From contig CM035351.1 of NCBI GenBank assembly GCA_020137815.1, forward strand, positions 5,890,001-5,954,000: a DNA stretch of 64,000 nucleotides, in the 5' to 3' direction. Shown piece after piece: positions 53,301-64,000 of this stretch (position 1 is its first letter; every line of letters starts with the position of its first letter). Position numbers and translations under genes: made by a program. The notes beneath the pieces are model-generated. The model did not search any database. It was not told the origin of the DNA and worked only from the letters and a program-made list of their open reading frames with translations. The stretch is from Hormiphora californensis (taxonomy: Eukaryota > Animalia > Ctenophora).

Positions 53301-56236
53301 TTCTATAACTTGTTTATAGCCCTTTTTGGGCAGCAGCGGGTATCTTCTATAGATAATATCTATAGTTTGGAACTTGTGGGTGGCACCTCTGCTCATTTCG
53401 GTCAGCCTGGAGAGGTCTGAGCGAAGCTTGGCGACACTCTCTTCGAGTCGTCGCAGCCACATAGGTTGTTTATTCCTTCTGGGGGTGTTGTTGGTGGGTT
53501 CGCTTGGTGCCTTAACGCCCATCTGTTCTCGGACCACATGGGCTACGGCCATCAGTAGTGTGTTCAACGTGGTAAGGTCTGGGGTTTCAAAAGACTTGAT
53601 TACCGGGCTGAGTCGGTCAATTGCCACTCGTAGTTTCCCCCAGGGGACCTGTCTCAGGTCAGTGACTTTGATGGAGCTTGGTTCCTCGAGTAGTTTCTTG
53701 AACTGCTCCCTGATTTCAGGGTTCGGTGATGGCCCTTCCTCTTCCTCTTCCTCTTCCACTGGGTTTGTGGGGGGTTCAATGGCTTCTGGGGGCGGGTTGT
53801 CCTCTAGTACAGCCTGCCGTGCCGATTCAGTTGCTTCACGGTCGGCTATGGCCGCTGTTCTGATTTCCATCAGCTTCTGTGGTGAAAGGAGTCCCGACTG
53901 AGTTATAGATCTCAGTTGGGATCTAAGCTGGTCATCAGTCTTGGAAGGGTAGGTTGTCTTTGACCACCTTTCCTCCACTCGGGTCCATACTCCTCTTCTG
54001 TCCGGTTGTGAGTACGAGTGGATGAACACGAGCGTAATGTTCATTTCAGTGGTCCATTTCGTTCGTGGCGCTCTGGTTGGGGGTGGTGGTGGGGGTGGGG
54101 TGTCGGTGTCCCCATTGGCCGAGGTACTCGGACCCGCAGTGTTATCATTCACCGTGAGATCCACTTCCGGGAGTATATTTAGGCCAGAATTTGCTAGCCC
54201 TGCTAGCATTCGCTGATCAGCCATCTCCTGCGGTGTTACCATGCGTCCAGATTTCTCTATTGATCTGAACTGGCTTGAGAGTTTGGCACCTGTTAATGGG
54301 GCGTGTCCCTTGTCTTCCCATAGGCGTTCGAGCCTCTTCCAGGATCCGGATGTGCCTGGGTTACTGCGGTAGTAGCAGTATACCAAGTCTAGGTTCTCTT
54401 GCTTAGACCAGACCTTCCTTGGTTTACGGGTGTTAGTACTCATGTCGAATAAGATGAGTAAGTTTGGGGGGTGAGTTTCAAACCAATCACTGTGTATACA
54501 TAGTCATCGGTTTGTTAGAAGAAGAGCCGGGTTTGGGGGTCTTAACACTGCCACCGGTGCACAGCGGTAACGGAATCCCACCGCCACATTTGGTCCGTTA
54601 GTGGATGGTTTACCCGGCCATCCTTGCAGCTTTTCAGCACGAACCGACACTTTCAGCGTACGGGTGTGTATCTATATGTCTATATGGTGGATCTGGAACG
54701 GGGACTTATGTGAAGCATTGTGATCTAACTGGAATGGGGTAAACTATCCTCCCAGGAACAGGGTAGACTATCCTCTCCGGAACGGGGCAACTATCCTCTG
54801 TGGAGCGGGGTAAACTATCCTCTCAGGCGCGGGGTAAGGGGTATACTATCCTCTCCGGAACGGGGCAACTATCCTCTGTGGATCGGGGTAAACTATCCTC
54901 TCAGGCGCGGGGTAAGGGGTATACTATTCTCTCTGGATCGGGGCAACTATCCTCTCCGGAACGGGGCAACTATCCTCTGTGGAGCGGGGTAAACTATCCT
55001 CTCAGGCGCGGGGTAAGGGGTATACTATCCTCTCCGGAACGGGGCAACTATCCTCTGTGGAGCGGGGTAAACTATCCTCTCAGGTGCGGGGTAAGGGGTA
55101 TACTATCCTCTCCGGAACGGGGCAACTATCCTCTGTGGAGCGGGGTAAACTATCCTCTCAGGCGCGGGGTAAGGGGTATACTATCCTCTCCGGAACGGGG
55201 CAACTATCCTCTGTGAAGCGGGGTAAACTATCCTCTCAGGTGCGGGGTAAGGGGTATACTATCCTCTCCGGAACGGGGCAACTATCCTCTGTGGAGCGGG
55301 GTAAACTATCCTCTCAGGCGCGGGGTAAGGGGTATACTATCCTCTCCGGAACGGGGCAGCTATCCTCTGTGAAGCGGGGTAAACTATCCTCTCAGGCGCG
55401 GGGTAAGGGGTATACTATCCTCTCCGGAACGGGGCAACTATCCTCTGTGAAGCGGGGTAAACTATCCTCTCAGGTGCGGGGTAAGGGGTATACTATCCTC
55501 TCCGGAACGGGGCAACTATCCTCTGTGGAGCGGGGTAAACTATCCTCTCAGGCGCGGGGTAAGGGGTATACTATCCTCTCCGGAACGGGGCAACTATCCT
55601 CTGTGAAGCGGGGTAAACTATCCTCTCAGGCGCGGGGTAAGGGGTATACTATTCTCTCCGGAACGGGGCAACTATCCTCTGTGGAGCGGGGTAAACTATC
55701 CTCTCAGGCGCGGGGTAAGGGGTATACTATTCTCTCTGGATCGGGGTAGACTATTCTCTCTGGGACGGGGTAACTATCCTCTGTGGGGCGGGGCAAACTA
55801 TCCTCTCCGGAACGGGGAAAATGATCCTCTCCGAAGTAGAACCCTATCCGGAGCGGTACCCTATTAATGGGAGGTTTAGGGGGTTAGCAGATTAGTATCA
55901 GGATTGGTTAGTGGGTTAGTAGATAAAGGGGCATTGGAGGTCCACAGGTGGCTGGAAGGTGCCTGTTCCACGGGTAACCCTAAGCCGGGGAAGGCGGGGT
56001 AGGAACGTAATAGTTGGCGATGATACACTGTGGGCCGCCTAGCCAAGAAGATCTTTTTGTGTTTTGTATTTTATGATTTTTTTCCGTATTTTTGATACAC
56101 AGCCACGCTTAGCCACGGCCACACGGACCTGAAACTCGATCAAGGGGAAAAGGGGATGGGAAAAAGGTACTCCGTGTGACCCTGTTGCCCGGGGGAAACC
56201 GATAGGAGGTGGTGGCAGGTGGACCAACTCCCCCCC

Positions 56237-56331
<95 letters not shown>

Positions 56332-57535
56332 CCTCCTCTACATGGAATTACCCCCAGCGTTTAACAAACTAAGCACATAACAACAATATAAGTACTGGGT
56401 CCTGTACAGCACACACTAACATCCAGAACAAATTCGCATATATTTCGTGCATTTTTTAGCAAATCCTATTTCTGGAAATCACTCACAAAAAGATCAATAA
56501 AAGTACCTTGCGGGAAGAAGAATGCATTGATCCAGAATGACCTTGGTAGTTTCTCTGGGTAAACTTTCTGTGTAGTTTTCTGGTAAGCACTACTCATCTT
56601 CATAACATCCTCAAAGTTCACAACCCCCTCCTTAGCCTCAGCCAGAAGTTCATGGTATTCAAGACCAAACAGCTGGTTTGCTACGGTGCCTTCTGTCTTT
56701 AGATCTAGCCAGTATCTCATAAAGGCAATCTTACGGGCAAAGTCAACGACCCAAGCTGCCAATAGTTTACTACACGCGCCAGTATACTCCTGGGAAAGTT
56801 TTATTCTTGTTTCTGGGAACATTGAATGAGGGAGGATTGAGGGGGAAGAGTGATCTATTAGTGAACCCTCTTGACAATTATAAACTCGGGTAACTTGTTT
56901 CTTTGAGCATTGTGGAAGTCAGAAAATAAGGATCGGTTGATTGTAGAAGATGAGTGTTTTTGGGGGAGTGAGGAGTGAGGGGAGTATGTGAGGAGTATTA
57001 TAACTGGGCTGTGTTACGGTAGGAGGAGAAGAAGAAGGCCGGAGTGTAGATTCGTGTGACCAGGAAATTAATCTACATACCTAGCTGCATACCCCCATAC
57101 ACATGTTTCTCTGGCTATTTCTGCCGCCCACTCACGAGAGAGAGGCAAGAGAGAGGGGGAGACAAACTGTTAACATTCCCACTCTACCTGTCCCCCAGTC
57201 TCATTTCTACATCGATCTACCCACAACTCCCTCACCCCAATCAAACTCCCTGTGCGGGCGGCCAATATGAATATGTCAGAGCGCCACTGTATTGCATAAT
57301 CTCAAAGCTAAATGTATCCCTTATACAATCCCGTCGACCTACCTGCCATATGATGGGCATAGTGTTCTCTAGAATGGACTGGTACATTTTGTCCATGTCC
57401 TCTGTCATTGCCTCCTCTCCCTGCAGACACATGGCCATGGTTTTACTGCTAGTGTGGATCACATCTAGTAGCTTGTTGTAGTGTCGTACCTGAAGGGAGT
57501 TGGTTGTTAGAAGGGGCAGAGAGAGAGGGAAAGGG

Positions 57536-57622
<87 letters not shown>

Positions 57623-60600
57623 GATCACCCTACCTCATGACGAATTACATTCTCCATTGGAGTACAATGTCTCACATCAGACACCTTAGCCTTCAGATAG
57701 CCCTTCTCAACAAGTACAGAGGGAGGTCTCTCACTGCCCTGTAGGGCTGAGTGGACCACTTCCGTACTGACTTCTAGGAATGAGGGCAGGTCTATTTTCT
57801 GGGGTAGTGTGTTGTGAACATGGATCAGGAACTCCATTACAATGGTATCCGTGTTGACGTGCCGACTGGAGGGGGGAGAAGTGGTTAGAATTGTTGACGT
57901 GCCGACTGGAGGGGAGAGAAGTGGATAGAGATAGTGCCGACTGGGGAAGAGAAGTTAAGTGGTTATAGTTGTTGAGCAGGGGGGTGTTGACGTGCCGACT
58001 GGGGGGGGGGATGGAATGGTTAGAGAAGACGTGTGTCAGAAATGGCCAGTAGATGCCAGTATGACACTGACAGTGTGACTTAGTGGTGTCAGGTGTGATG
58101 TATATCACAGAAGATACTGAATGTTTGGCTGTACGAGGGTAATTAGGCTTTGTATGTGAGTGTAATATATGACAGTTTCTATAACAACTGTCACTTAAGA
58201 AGTTCCCAAATAATACAACCATGTACACTATAACACCTGTCAGCTAGAGCATTGGCCTGGCCCTATTCTCATTTCATTCAAAGAAGGAACGAGAACTGCA
58301 GTCAGAGCATTGGCCTGACAGCACTACATAGGCCTGACTATGTCATTATATCACTTCCATATCACTCACTTGTTCATTGTACTCACTTGTTAATTCATTA
58401 TACTCATTGTACTCACTTGTTAAGTTCGATGGCAGGCTGGAAGAAATGCATGTAATGAACTAGCTCCTTGCTGGAGTGTTCATTATACGTCTTCTCGGCG
58501 TTCTGATGCATCCCAAATAGTTCAGGGTGATCAACGTTAGGTAGGGAAGAGATGAAACTCAATGTCTCGTCTATACTTAGATTCTCTGGTATCTGGTACG
58601 ACTGAAGGGAAGAATGAACTGTTAAGTAATTGAATTGGTATTCAAAAAGCTGCCAAAATGATCACATCAAATGTGAGTGAGCTCTGTAGCTGTTGTGATA
58701 GGTTGTCACACTCAAGATGTGACATTGTGTGGTGTAGTATGTACCTCAATTGTAGAAAAGCTTCTGTTGTTGCTTTGTAGAACGCTCTCCCCAAAGAACT
58801 TGCCCAGGATGGCAGACAGAGTTCTCTGGTCCCACTTGTCAGTCACCCGTCCCCCGTAGATCACAGACCCGGAGAGATGGCTTAGTGCCTGCCACGGGAC
58901 GGAGACATACTCACTCATTAACTGGTATAGAACTCGTATACACGCCTGGAGATCGAGGAGGTGGGGTGTGAGTTGCAACGGGAATAGGGCAGTAGTCAGG
59001 AGACCCTGCCAGCTGACACGTATAACAAGCATGAAGCACAGGGGGTATCATTAGCACTTGCCTTTGACTTGGCTAGCTCGACCCTGACCCCAAGGGCCTT
59101 GGAGCAAGGCAAGTCAAATGTTAAAATTTTTTGACATGGTGGAGGTGTATCTGGACACCCTAATGACACCCCTACTGCACATGCACACACCTCTAGATCG
59201 GAGTTAGTGAACTCATAGGGGATATTCCACCCCAGAGGACCATACTTCTTTCTCTCCAATATGACACTATTAAACAGGCACAAGTAATAAACAAGCCGTT
59301 TAAATTCAGGTCCGGCATCCGCGTCTTCGTAGCAGGATTCTGAGATTGCCCCAGAGATGAATGCTTGATGGAGGTTTGCCTTGACTCCTTGGGGTTGTTC
59401 TAGGGCCACCTGTAAACAACAGGGTTAGTGGGGAGCTGGTACCATGTTTTTGTTTGTGTGTTTGTACTGTACGTGTGTTTCAATGTGTGGTATTGTGTTT
59501 GTACCTTGATACTCTGTTGAATAACAGGTCCTGGAATCTTGTCATCAGGCATCGAACTCAGCCACAGTCTGAAGTCTGGGTGAAGTGTCTCCGTCTGCAT
59601 ACTGAAATGTAGGTGTGTTTTAGTGTCATGATGAACATCACCTCGTAAATATTACGTGTATACAAGTCCTCAAATGTGTACTCAAAATGTACATGTTCAC
59701 ACGCCTCGCGCCCTAAAATTCCCACGTTTTGTGCGCGCGTGTATCTATAGAAACGTGCGCGCCGACACATCCACAGGGCGGTCGGGGCGCGTACCTGAAA
59801 ATCACTCGCTGTAGGTTCCCCAGCCAGGAATGGCCCAGGTGGCAATTCTGAAGGAATACCCACTTGCCCCGACTCATAGCATTCCTCAGGATCTCCTCAA
59901 TTCTGGGTCCCTGGCCTCGACCTAATGACAACATCTCCAGCATGTCTGTACTCTCATTGAGACTGGTGAGGAGCCGCTCCAGCTTAGAAGTGGGGTCCAC
60001 ACCGGGAGATAGAATAAACAGAATGGGGATTCTGGGTTTGCTTAGTTTGTAGATGTTCAACAGGCTTTGTTCCCTCGTTGCAAGATAGCTGTCTCCCAGG
60101 GTTAGCTGAATGAACATGGAACAACTCTCACTAAGTGCATCTACCCTCAAAATCTTGATCAGCATCAGTTTCTGGAAGGAAGACAAATTGGACCATTTCC
60201 AGCTGGGACGTTTTTCACTGGAAGTCAACGTACTAGATGACAGAATGTGTGCCTCAGATGACATATCGAAACTATCCTCTGAGATCAAGCTCCAGAGAGC
60301 TATCAGCCCTGGCTGATTTTAGGGATGTGGTTGAGCTGCTCCTGCTCCTAGTTTGTTCAAACATCAGATAGGGATTATGGGATGCAAGGAGGGCCTGCCA
60401 GAAATCTGGTTTTTCTGTCATGTTCTTGGCAAGACCGTTAAATGCAGCTGGCACGGTGTTTTCTAGCATGTTAAGGGCGGCCCACTGAGTACTGGTTAAC
60501 CATGATGGTTTTCCAAGGAGTCTCTTGCTCTTGCCCCTTCGTCCCTTGCCACCCAGGGAAGATGAGCTGGAGCTGAAGTTGCTGCCCAGGATGTCCTCTT

Positions 60601-63600
60601 CCAATACTGTGACAAACTCGGAGGATTCTGTGAGAGAGGGAGGGATTAGATTGGGGGAAGGTTAGGGATAATGATAAAGAGGGGATGGGGTGGTAGAGAG
60701 GGGAATGGTGAGTGGGATTGATCAAGATCACAAAGAGTGAGGAGGGGTAGAGTTATGGATGAAATGAGGCTCCTTAAAAAACTGAGCTGAACCCAATATA
60801 ACTCACTGCTCATTAGTTTTAGTGTTCCACCATGTAGGAACACATCCCACTCGGTATCAGTCACCCCACCACTGTTCCTCAGTACTTGGACACAAATCAA
60901 CAGGGAGAAGGCAAGGTGGTGCTTGGAATACAACGCACACAGCACCTGAACAGGATGGAAATCAGTTATAATAGGAAGTGGTATCAGCCGGGAATCAGAC
61001 ACTGTGATGGTAACACCACCCTGTTACCATGGTTACCTCTTTGTGTCTGTTACCATGGTTACCTGTTTGTTTGTGTTACCGTGGTTACCTGTTTGTTTGT
61101 GTTACCATGGTTACCTGTTTGTATGTGTTACCGTGGTTACCTGTTTGTGTAAGTTATGTGTGATGTGTTCCACCAGATCTGCAACATGTTTATCCACCTT
61201 CAAATCCAGCTGTCTGTCTCTGTTTGCTGTGTTGAAGTTGAACTCAGTGGGTACATCCTCCTGCGAGTTAGTGAGAATCGATTATAGGCAGTTCATTGTC
61301 TCACAAAAGAGTAAAGACTGCCCTCTCCGAACCACGACGAACTACGACTCGATTATATATTTCATTGCTCAAACCAGCCAGTAATAACCAGGAACCGACC
61401 GAAACAAGTAAACAACCAATCAGAACTCGTTATTTAGGTCACGTGACTAAATATCAGCCAGTATTTCCTGTTTCGGTCAGTTCCTGCTAATAACCCATAC
61501 CTGGTCCGGAGAAAGATAGGAGTTTCCGAGACTGAAAACAGTCGATTTGAAAATAGTTAGGAACATCTCGAGGGAGAAGTTGTACATGCAGTTCAATAGG
61601 TCAAGGTCAGACATGATGAAGTAGATGATAGCACCTCGCGTTGCAACCTGTGATTAAAGGAGGATATTCATATGAGGGCATGGTCAAATCAGACGAGATT
61701 AGAGGTAGAATTTGTACTGGTAATTACACTTAGAAATTACTCATCAGCTTACCGGCAAGTATTTCTTCCTTGTCGCCTCGATCTTCTCCTGCATTTTCTC
61801 AGACTCAGCAACCCGTGATTCGATCTCTCGAGCAGTTTGCTTACACCGACCTAGTTTAGCAACAAGTTCCTGAAAGTTATAATTGTCAGTCCCACATTGT
61901 AAATTCATCGTCTCTACAGAAGACCTCATAACGAGGTTTTTTAATTGTTCCAACCCTCCTCTCGTAAAGGGAGACCAATTTAAACAAGTTACCTGATCAT
62001 CTAGGATGTCACTTTGGACGGTAGACAGAGTCTCAAGAATATCATCCTCTAGCTCCCTCAGGGACAGGTTATCCTCAAATAATTGCTTTAGTAGGTTGTC
62101 CTTCTGCATCTCCAACCACGGCCGCTCCTGGGATTATGAGGGGTGTTATACCGCGTGGGTCATATTTGACTCGCTTGACACGTGTCCAGTGACGTGTCCA
62201 CGGTACAATTCAATGTTATAATGTGCAGTCAGCAGAACACGTGCTCTTGTGAAGACAACAAGGATGCAATAGGATGTGAATATAACGTACCATTTTGACG
62301 ACTCTACTAAGAAGCTGCTCCTGGAGCCCAGAGAAGATGACAGTGAAATTAATCATGGTCATTTTGATGCAGTCCTCTGGAGGGAAATCAGGGTTGCTAA
62401 GGCTGGTAGTTAGGTAGAGTCTAAAGTCCTTGTTGTACTCGATATCAATATCAACCAGGGTTACAACGCCTGTTTGTTCACACTGTCTCCTGTTCATTAT
62501 CGGGTAGAGGGTCGTGTCTAGAGAGTCCGGGACACCCTGTAAATGAGGGGAGAAGTTAAATTTGAAGTTACCATGGTAACATAAACACAGCAGACCGTCA
62601 GACAAATGATTAGAAGTTGCCGTGGCAACCTAAGGCCCTTATATTTTACCCTGCTGCACTGCTTGATATTGCATGATACGGGTGGATGCTGTCTTGAAGA
62701 AAACTATGTCCACCTACCTCAATAAGGACGCTAGTTCCAAGTCGAATGGCGTGTTCAATATCTGTCAGTAGATGGGGGTTTCCATACATAACAGTTGTCA
62801 AGTTTTCCTTCTCTAACCCCAATAACCACTGTTTCCCCTGTCCTTGAGGATCAATCAAGAGGGGCCACCGGTGACAATTCATCAACAACACCCCATTCTC
62901 AGTAGAGAAGGGATCTCGAGGCAGACCCTGTGTGTACCACTTTTGGAGGTCGATTGGTGCGGATAGGAGGGTGGACGTGGTGTTCCCTGAGACGGGGATC
63001 TTCTTGCTGTGACATATCTCACTCCAAGTGCTCCACATTTTCTGTCGGTACTCTTCCGTGAATGGTCCACTGTACACTGAAAAAATGTGTGATGTTTTGG
63101 TAGGAAATGTGATCATCAGAATTCAGAACATCAAATTTTTAATTGTCTGACAAATAAATTTCATGAGAATGGTTTCTGAAAGTTACCAATTGCCGCGGTT
63201 GATAACAGAACATCTCCTAGCAGTGAGGGCGATGCTTTGTTCAACCCATCCACCAACTCCGTCCATCGTCCTTTCTCCCCGGATAGTGCCTCAATCAACA
63301 CTTTAGCTCTCTCCAACCTCTTTTTCGTCTGTATGATCCTGTTTTCCAGTCTATCCCGGTCAATTCGGGTGTTGTTGTACTTGTTTTGCATGGCAGTCAG
63401 TTCATCCACAATGCACTTTAGCTCCTGCTGCTTTCCTTCCAGGGCTTTCTGGGCATTCCGGAGGTGTTCCATAGATTCCTGAAGAAGGACGTTTTAGGAG
63501 GGAGTATAGGATGGAGGGATTTTAGGAGGGGTTGGGATTCTTCCTCTTTGAGAGCCCCTGAAAAGAAGGATTACGAATAACAACAAGTTATACCTGGAAT

Positions 63601-64000
63601 CGTTCCTTCTTCGGCAAGACATATCTGTACACCTTTGCATAGTTTTCAATTGCAGACACCCACATACACATACTCTTGCAGGCCACGGAGATTTTCCCAA
63701 CATTATCGGGTGTAAAATCAGGGCTCTCAGTGTACTGCTGAAGTCTGGACAGTGATTTGAGGGGGATGTTATCCTTCTCAAAGTTGGTCAGCCGTTTTAA
63801 TAGTCCAGGGTCACCTAGGAGCTGTTTAGCTGAGGCCCAGGACGGTTTCTCTTTTAGTAGAACACAAACTGCCTCCATGACCTTACGGACCATCTCTGGT
63901 GGTGAGTTGTAGACCCTGAAAATGTAGAGATGATAATATACCGCCAAGACAAAACACTGTTCAGTTTCAGAGGGGGACAACTTTGCAATTCGACTTCATT
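48880..64000 (-). CDS. Axonemal dynein heavy chain (DNAH6/DNAH14-like), 3' part; 5' end lies beyond the window
   Basis: Stalk SPPEMVRKVMEAVCVLL..SVACKSMCMWV, RWPLLIDPQGQG, LSLGRGQG, WVFLQNCHL, HPDFRLWLSS, KYGPLGWNIPYEF, YGGRVTDKWD, FFFPQG, YECPVYRT, HWVTRGLA; stop at 48880-48882. Confidence 0.93.
50775..54443 (-). CDS. Reverse transcriptase / restriction-like endonuclease polyprotein, 1222 aa, intact
   Basis: PGIDG, NFRPITCL, DYQKAYDSIPH, GLFQGDSVSP, YMDD, YKYLG, CRIC...H...C zinc knuckle, RHD, KPDLV...IDVAVP...K..KY endonuclease. Confidence 0.97.
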   Translation of the reverse strand: MSTNTRKPRKVWSKQENLDLVYCYYRSNPGTSGSWKRLERLWEDKGHAPLTGAKLSSQFRSIEKSGRMVTPQEMADQRMLAGLANSGLNILPEVDLTVNDNTAGPSTSANGDTDTPPPPPPPTRAPRTKWTTEMNITLVFIHSYSQPDRRGVWTRVEERWSKTTYPSKTDDQLRSQLRSITQSGLLSPQKLMEIRTAAIADREATESARQAVLEDNPPPEAIEPPTNPVEEEEEEEGPSPNPEIREQFKKLLEEPSSIKVTDLRQVPWGKLRVAIDRLSPVIKSFETPDLTTLNTLLMAVAHVVREQMGVKAPSEPTNNTPRRNKQPMWLRRLEESVAKLRSDLSRLTEMSRGATHKFQTIDIIYRRYPLLPKKGYKQVIEEVKQRLLAKAGKIKRYKKKQQTFVDNNLFQNNQRNFYRKLEKRGSDPTPLDCTPEDQTRTLNFWKNIWENEAGHNTEAEWLDGVQENFETVSQQEEFQITTERVAARVKGMTNWSTPGIDGLHAFWIKHTTCLHGRIAELLNESLTTSQVPAWMTEGRTFLLIKDPKKGMSNPGNFRPITCLPNLWKLYTGILSEDIYQHLDVNKLFPEEQKGCRKKSRGCKEQLAIDKLILRHCKRSKSSLYMAFIDYQKAYDSIPHSWILKSMEMCGINPQIIRLFESSFQQCIVNIVQSGSDLGKIHIKRGLFQGDSVSPIHFIIGLIPLSMLLAAQGRGYTISNPVAPDPDISINHRLYMDDLKLYASSKEDLQQLLAVTEKFSTDINMSFGLSKCGALDIVDGVRSRMQGISLPSGDRIPEVEDGGYKYLGILEVDRILHQEMKAKVKAEYTRRVKKLLSASLQGKNLITAINTWAIPVIRYGAGILDWSTSEASGLDMMTRKILRRGVIKSNSDIDRLYVSRKLGGRGLQRIEDVIVKEETGLVTFFTNSTDPKIRALHTAMQSEDMLTGPPEDAEALKERLQTELIEKWKNKVLHGRFLKQLEEGGCDPDATWAWLNKESLSRYTEADVFAAQDQAIRTNWLRAAIQKETEVTEKCRICNQHNESVEHILNGCTKLANGDYKLRHDRVAAALHWGICKDHGFPTESKWWSHYAEKVLENENCKILWDFHIQTDNPIEACKPDLVLLDKLKKEALLIDVAVPKDRSVSDREMEKIEKYQELRRELTRIWDLKKATVIPIVIGALGGVSPRLEKYLTAITRQIYPSQLQKSVLFNSMNTLRKVLDM
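54734..55830. repeat. 78-bp higher-order tandem array (~12 units, three actatcctct sub-units each) in the retroelement 5'UTR
   Basis: Directly visible; the 26-aa periodicity of the overlapping ORFs reflects the 78-bp unit. Confidence 0.92.
56102..56234 (-). ncRNA. HDV-like self-cleaving ribozyme at the retroelement 5' end
   Basis: P1 GGGGGAG/UUCCCCC; P2 GCCAC(C)/G(C)GUGGC; P3 ACC-UCCUAUC-GGU; GG for P1.1; P4 GGUCACACGGA/UCCGUGUGGCC; J4/2 CUAA. Confidence 0.8.
57535..57622. repeat. (GACA)n microsatellite in a dynein intron
   Basis: Directly visible. Confidence 0.9.
61005..61150. repeat. ~26-bp gttaccatggttacctgtttgt minisatellite in a dynein intron
   Basis: Directly visible tandem units. 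Confidence 0.8.
61389..61486. mobile_element. 98-bp hAT-like MITE
   Basis: TIR caggaaccgaccgaaac / gtttcggtcagttcctg; 8-bp near-TSD gtaataac / ctaataac. Confidence 0.75.

Larger units (their letters stand above)
50371..56234 (-). mobile_element. Full-length site-specific non-LTR retrotransposon, R4/Dong clade, inserted in an (AG)n tract in a dynein intron
   Basis: Single RT-RLE ORF; (CT)n tracts abut both ends (50271-50370 and 56236-56337); long 5'UTR and structured 3'UTR. Confidence 0.9.

Noticed and set aside
54800-55749. Long repetitive + strand ORFs (138 and 256 aa)
   Set aside because: By-product of the stop-free 78-bp array, antisense to the element, with no ATG start
54734-55830. CRISPR-like repeat-spacer appearance
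   Set aside because: The spacers recur in a fixed three-part cycle rather than being unique; eukaryotic context with no cas genes

Overview
Eukaryotic, intron-rich, gene-dense animal DNA. It is probably a ctenophore such as Pleurobrachia; this is inference from a recalled repeat and from trans-splice-like acceptors. Genes recovered by manual splicing: syntaxin-7/12-like (+), HSP90B1/GRP94 (-) head-to-head with CRELD (+) across a perfect ERSE, then a tight minus-strand run of angiomotin-like, CLYBL, EHD, POLR3G-like and GGPS1, then CNOT2 (+) and the 3' part of an axonemal dynein heavy chain (-). Most striking structures: (1) a 7.8-kb, four-deep nest of palindromic foldback transposons filling one syntaxin intron, with three of its five target-site duplications (TSDs) provable from the empty opposite arm; (2) a full-length (AG)n-inserted R4/Dong-type retroelement with an HDV-like ribozyme at its 5' end, whose linker is complementary to the element's 3' terminus; (3) duplicated alternative exons in CRELD (55-nt mutually exclusive pair, plus membrane versus REEL C-termini) and in EHD (two ~1.3-kb terminal exons); (4) an ORF1-only L2/CR1-like LINE derivative. 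Several single-base frameshifts are most likely assembly errors.
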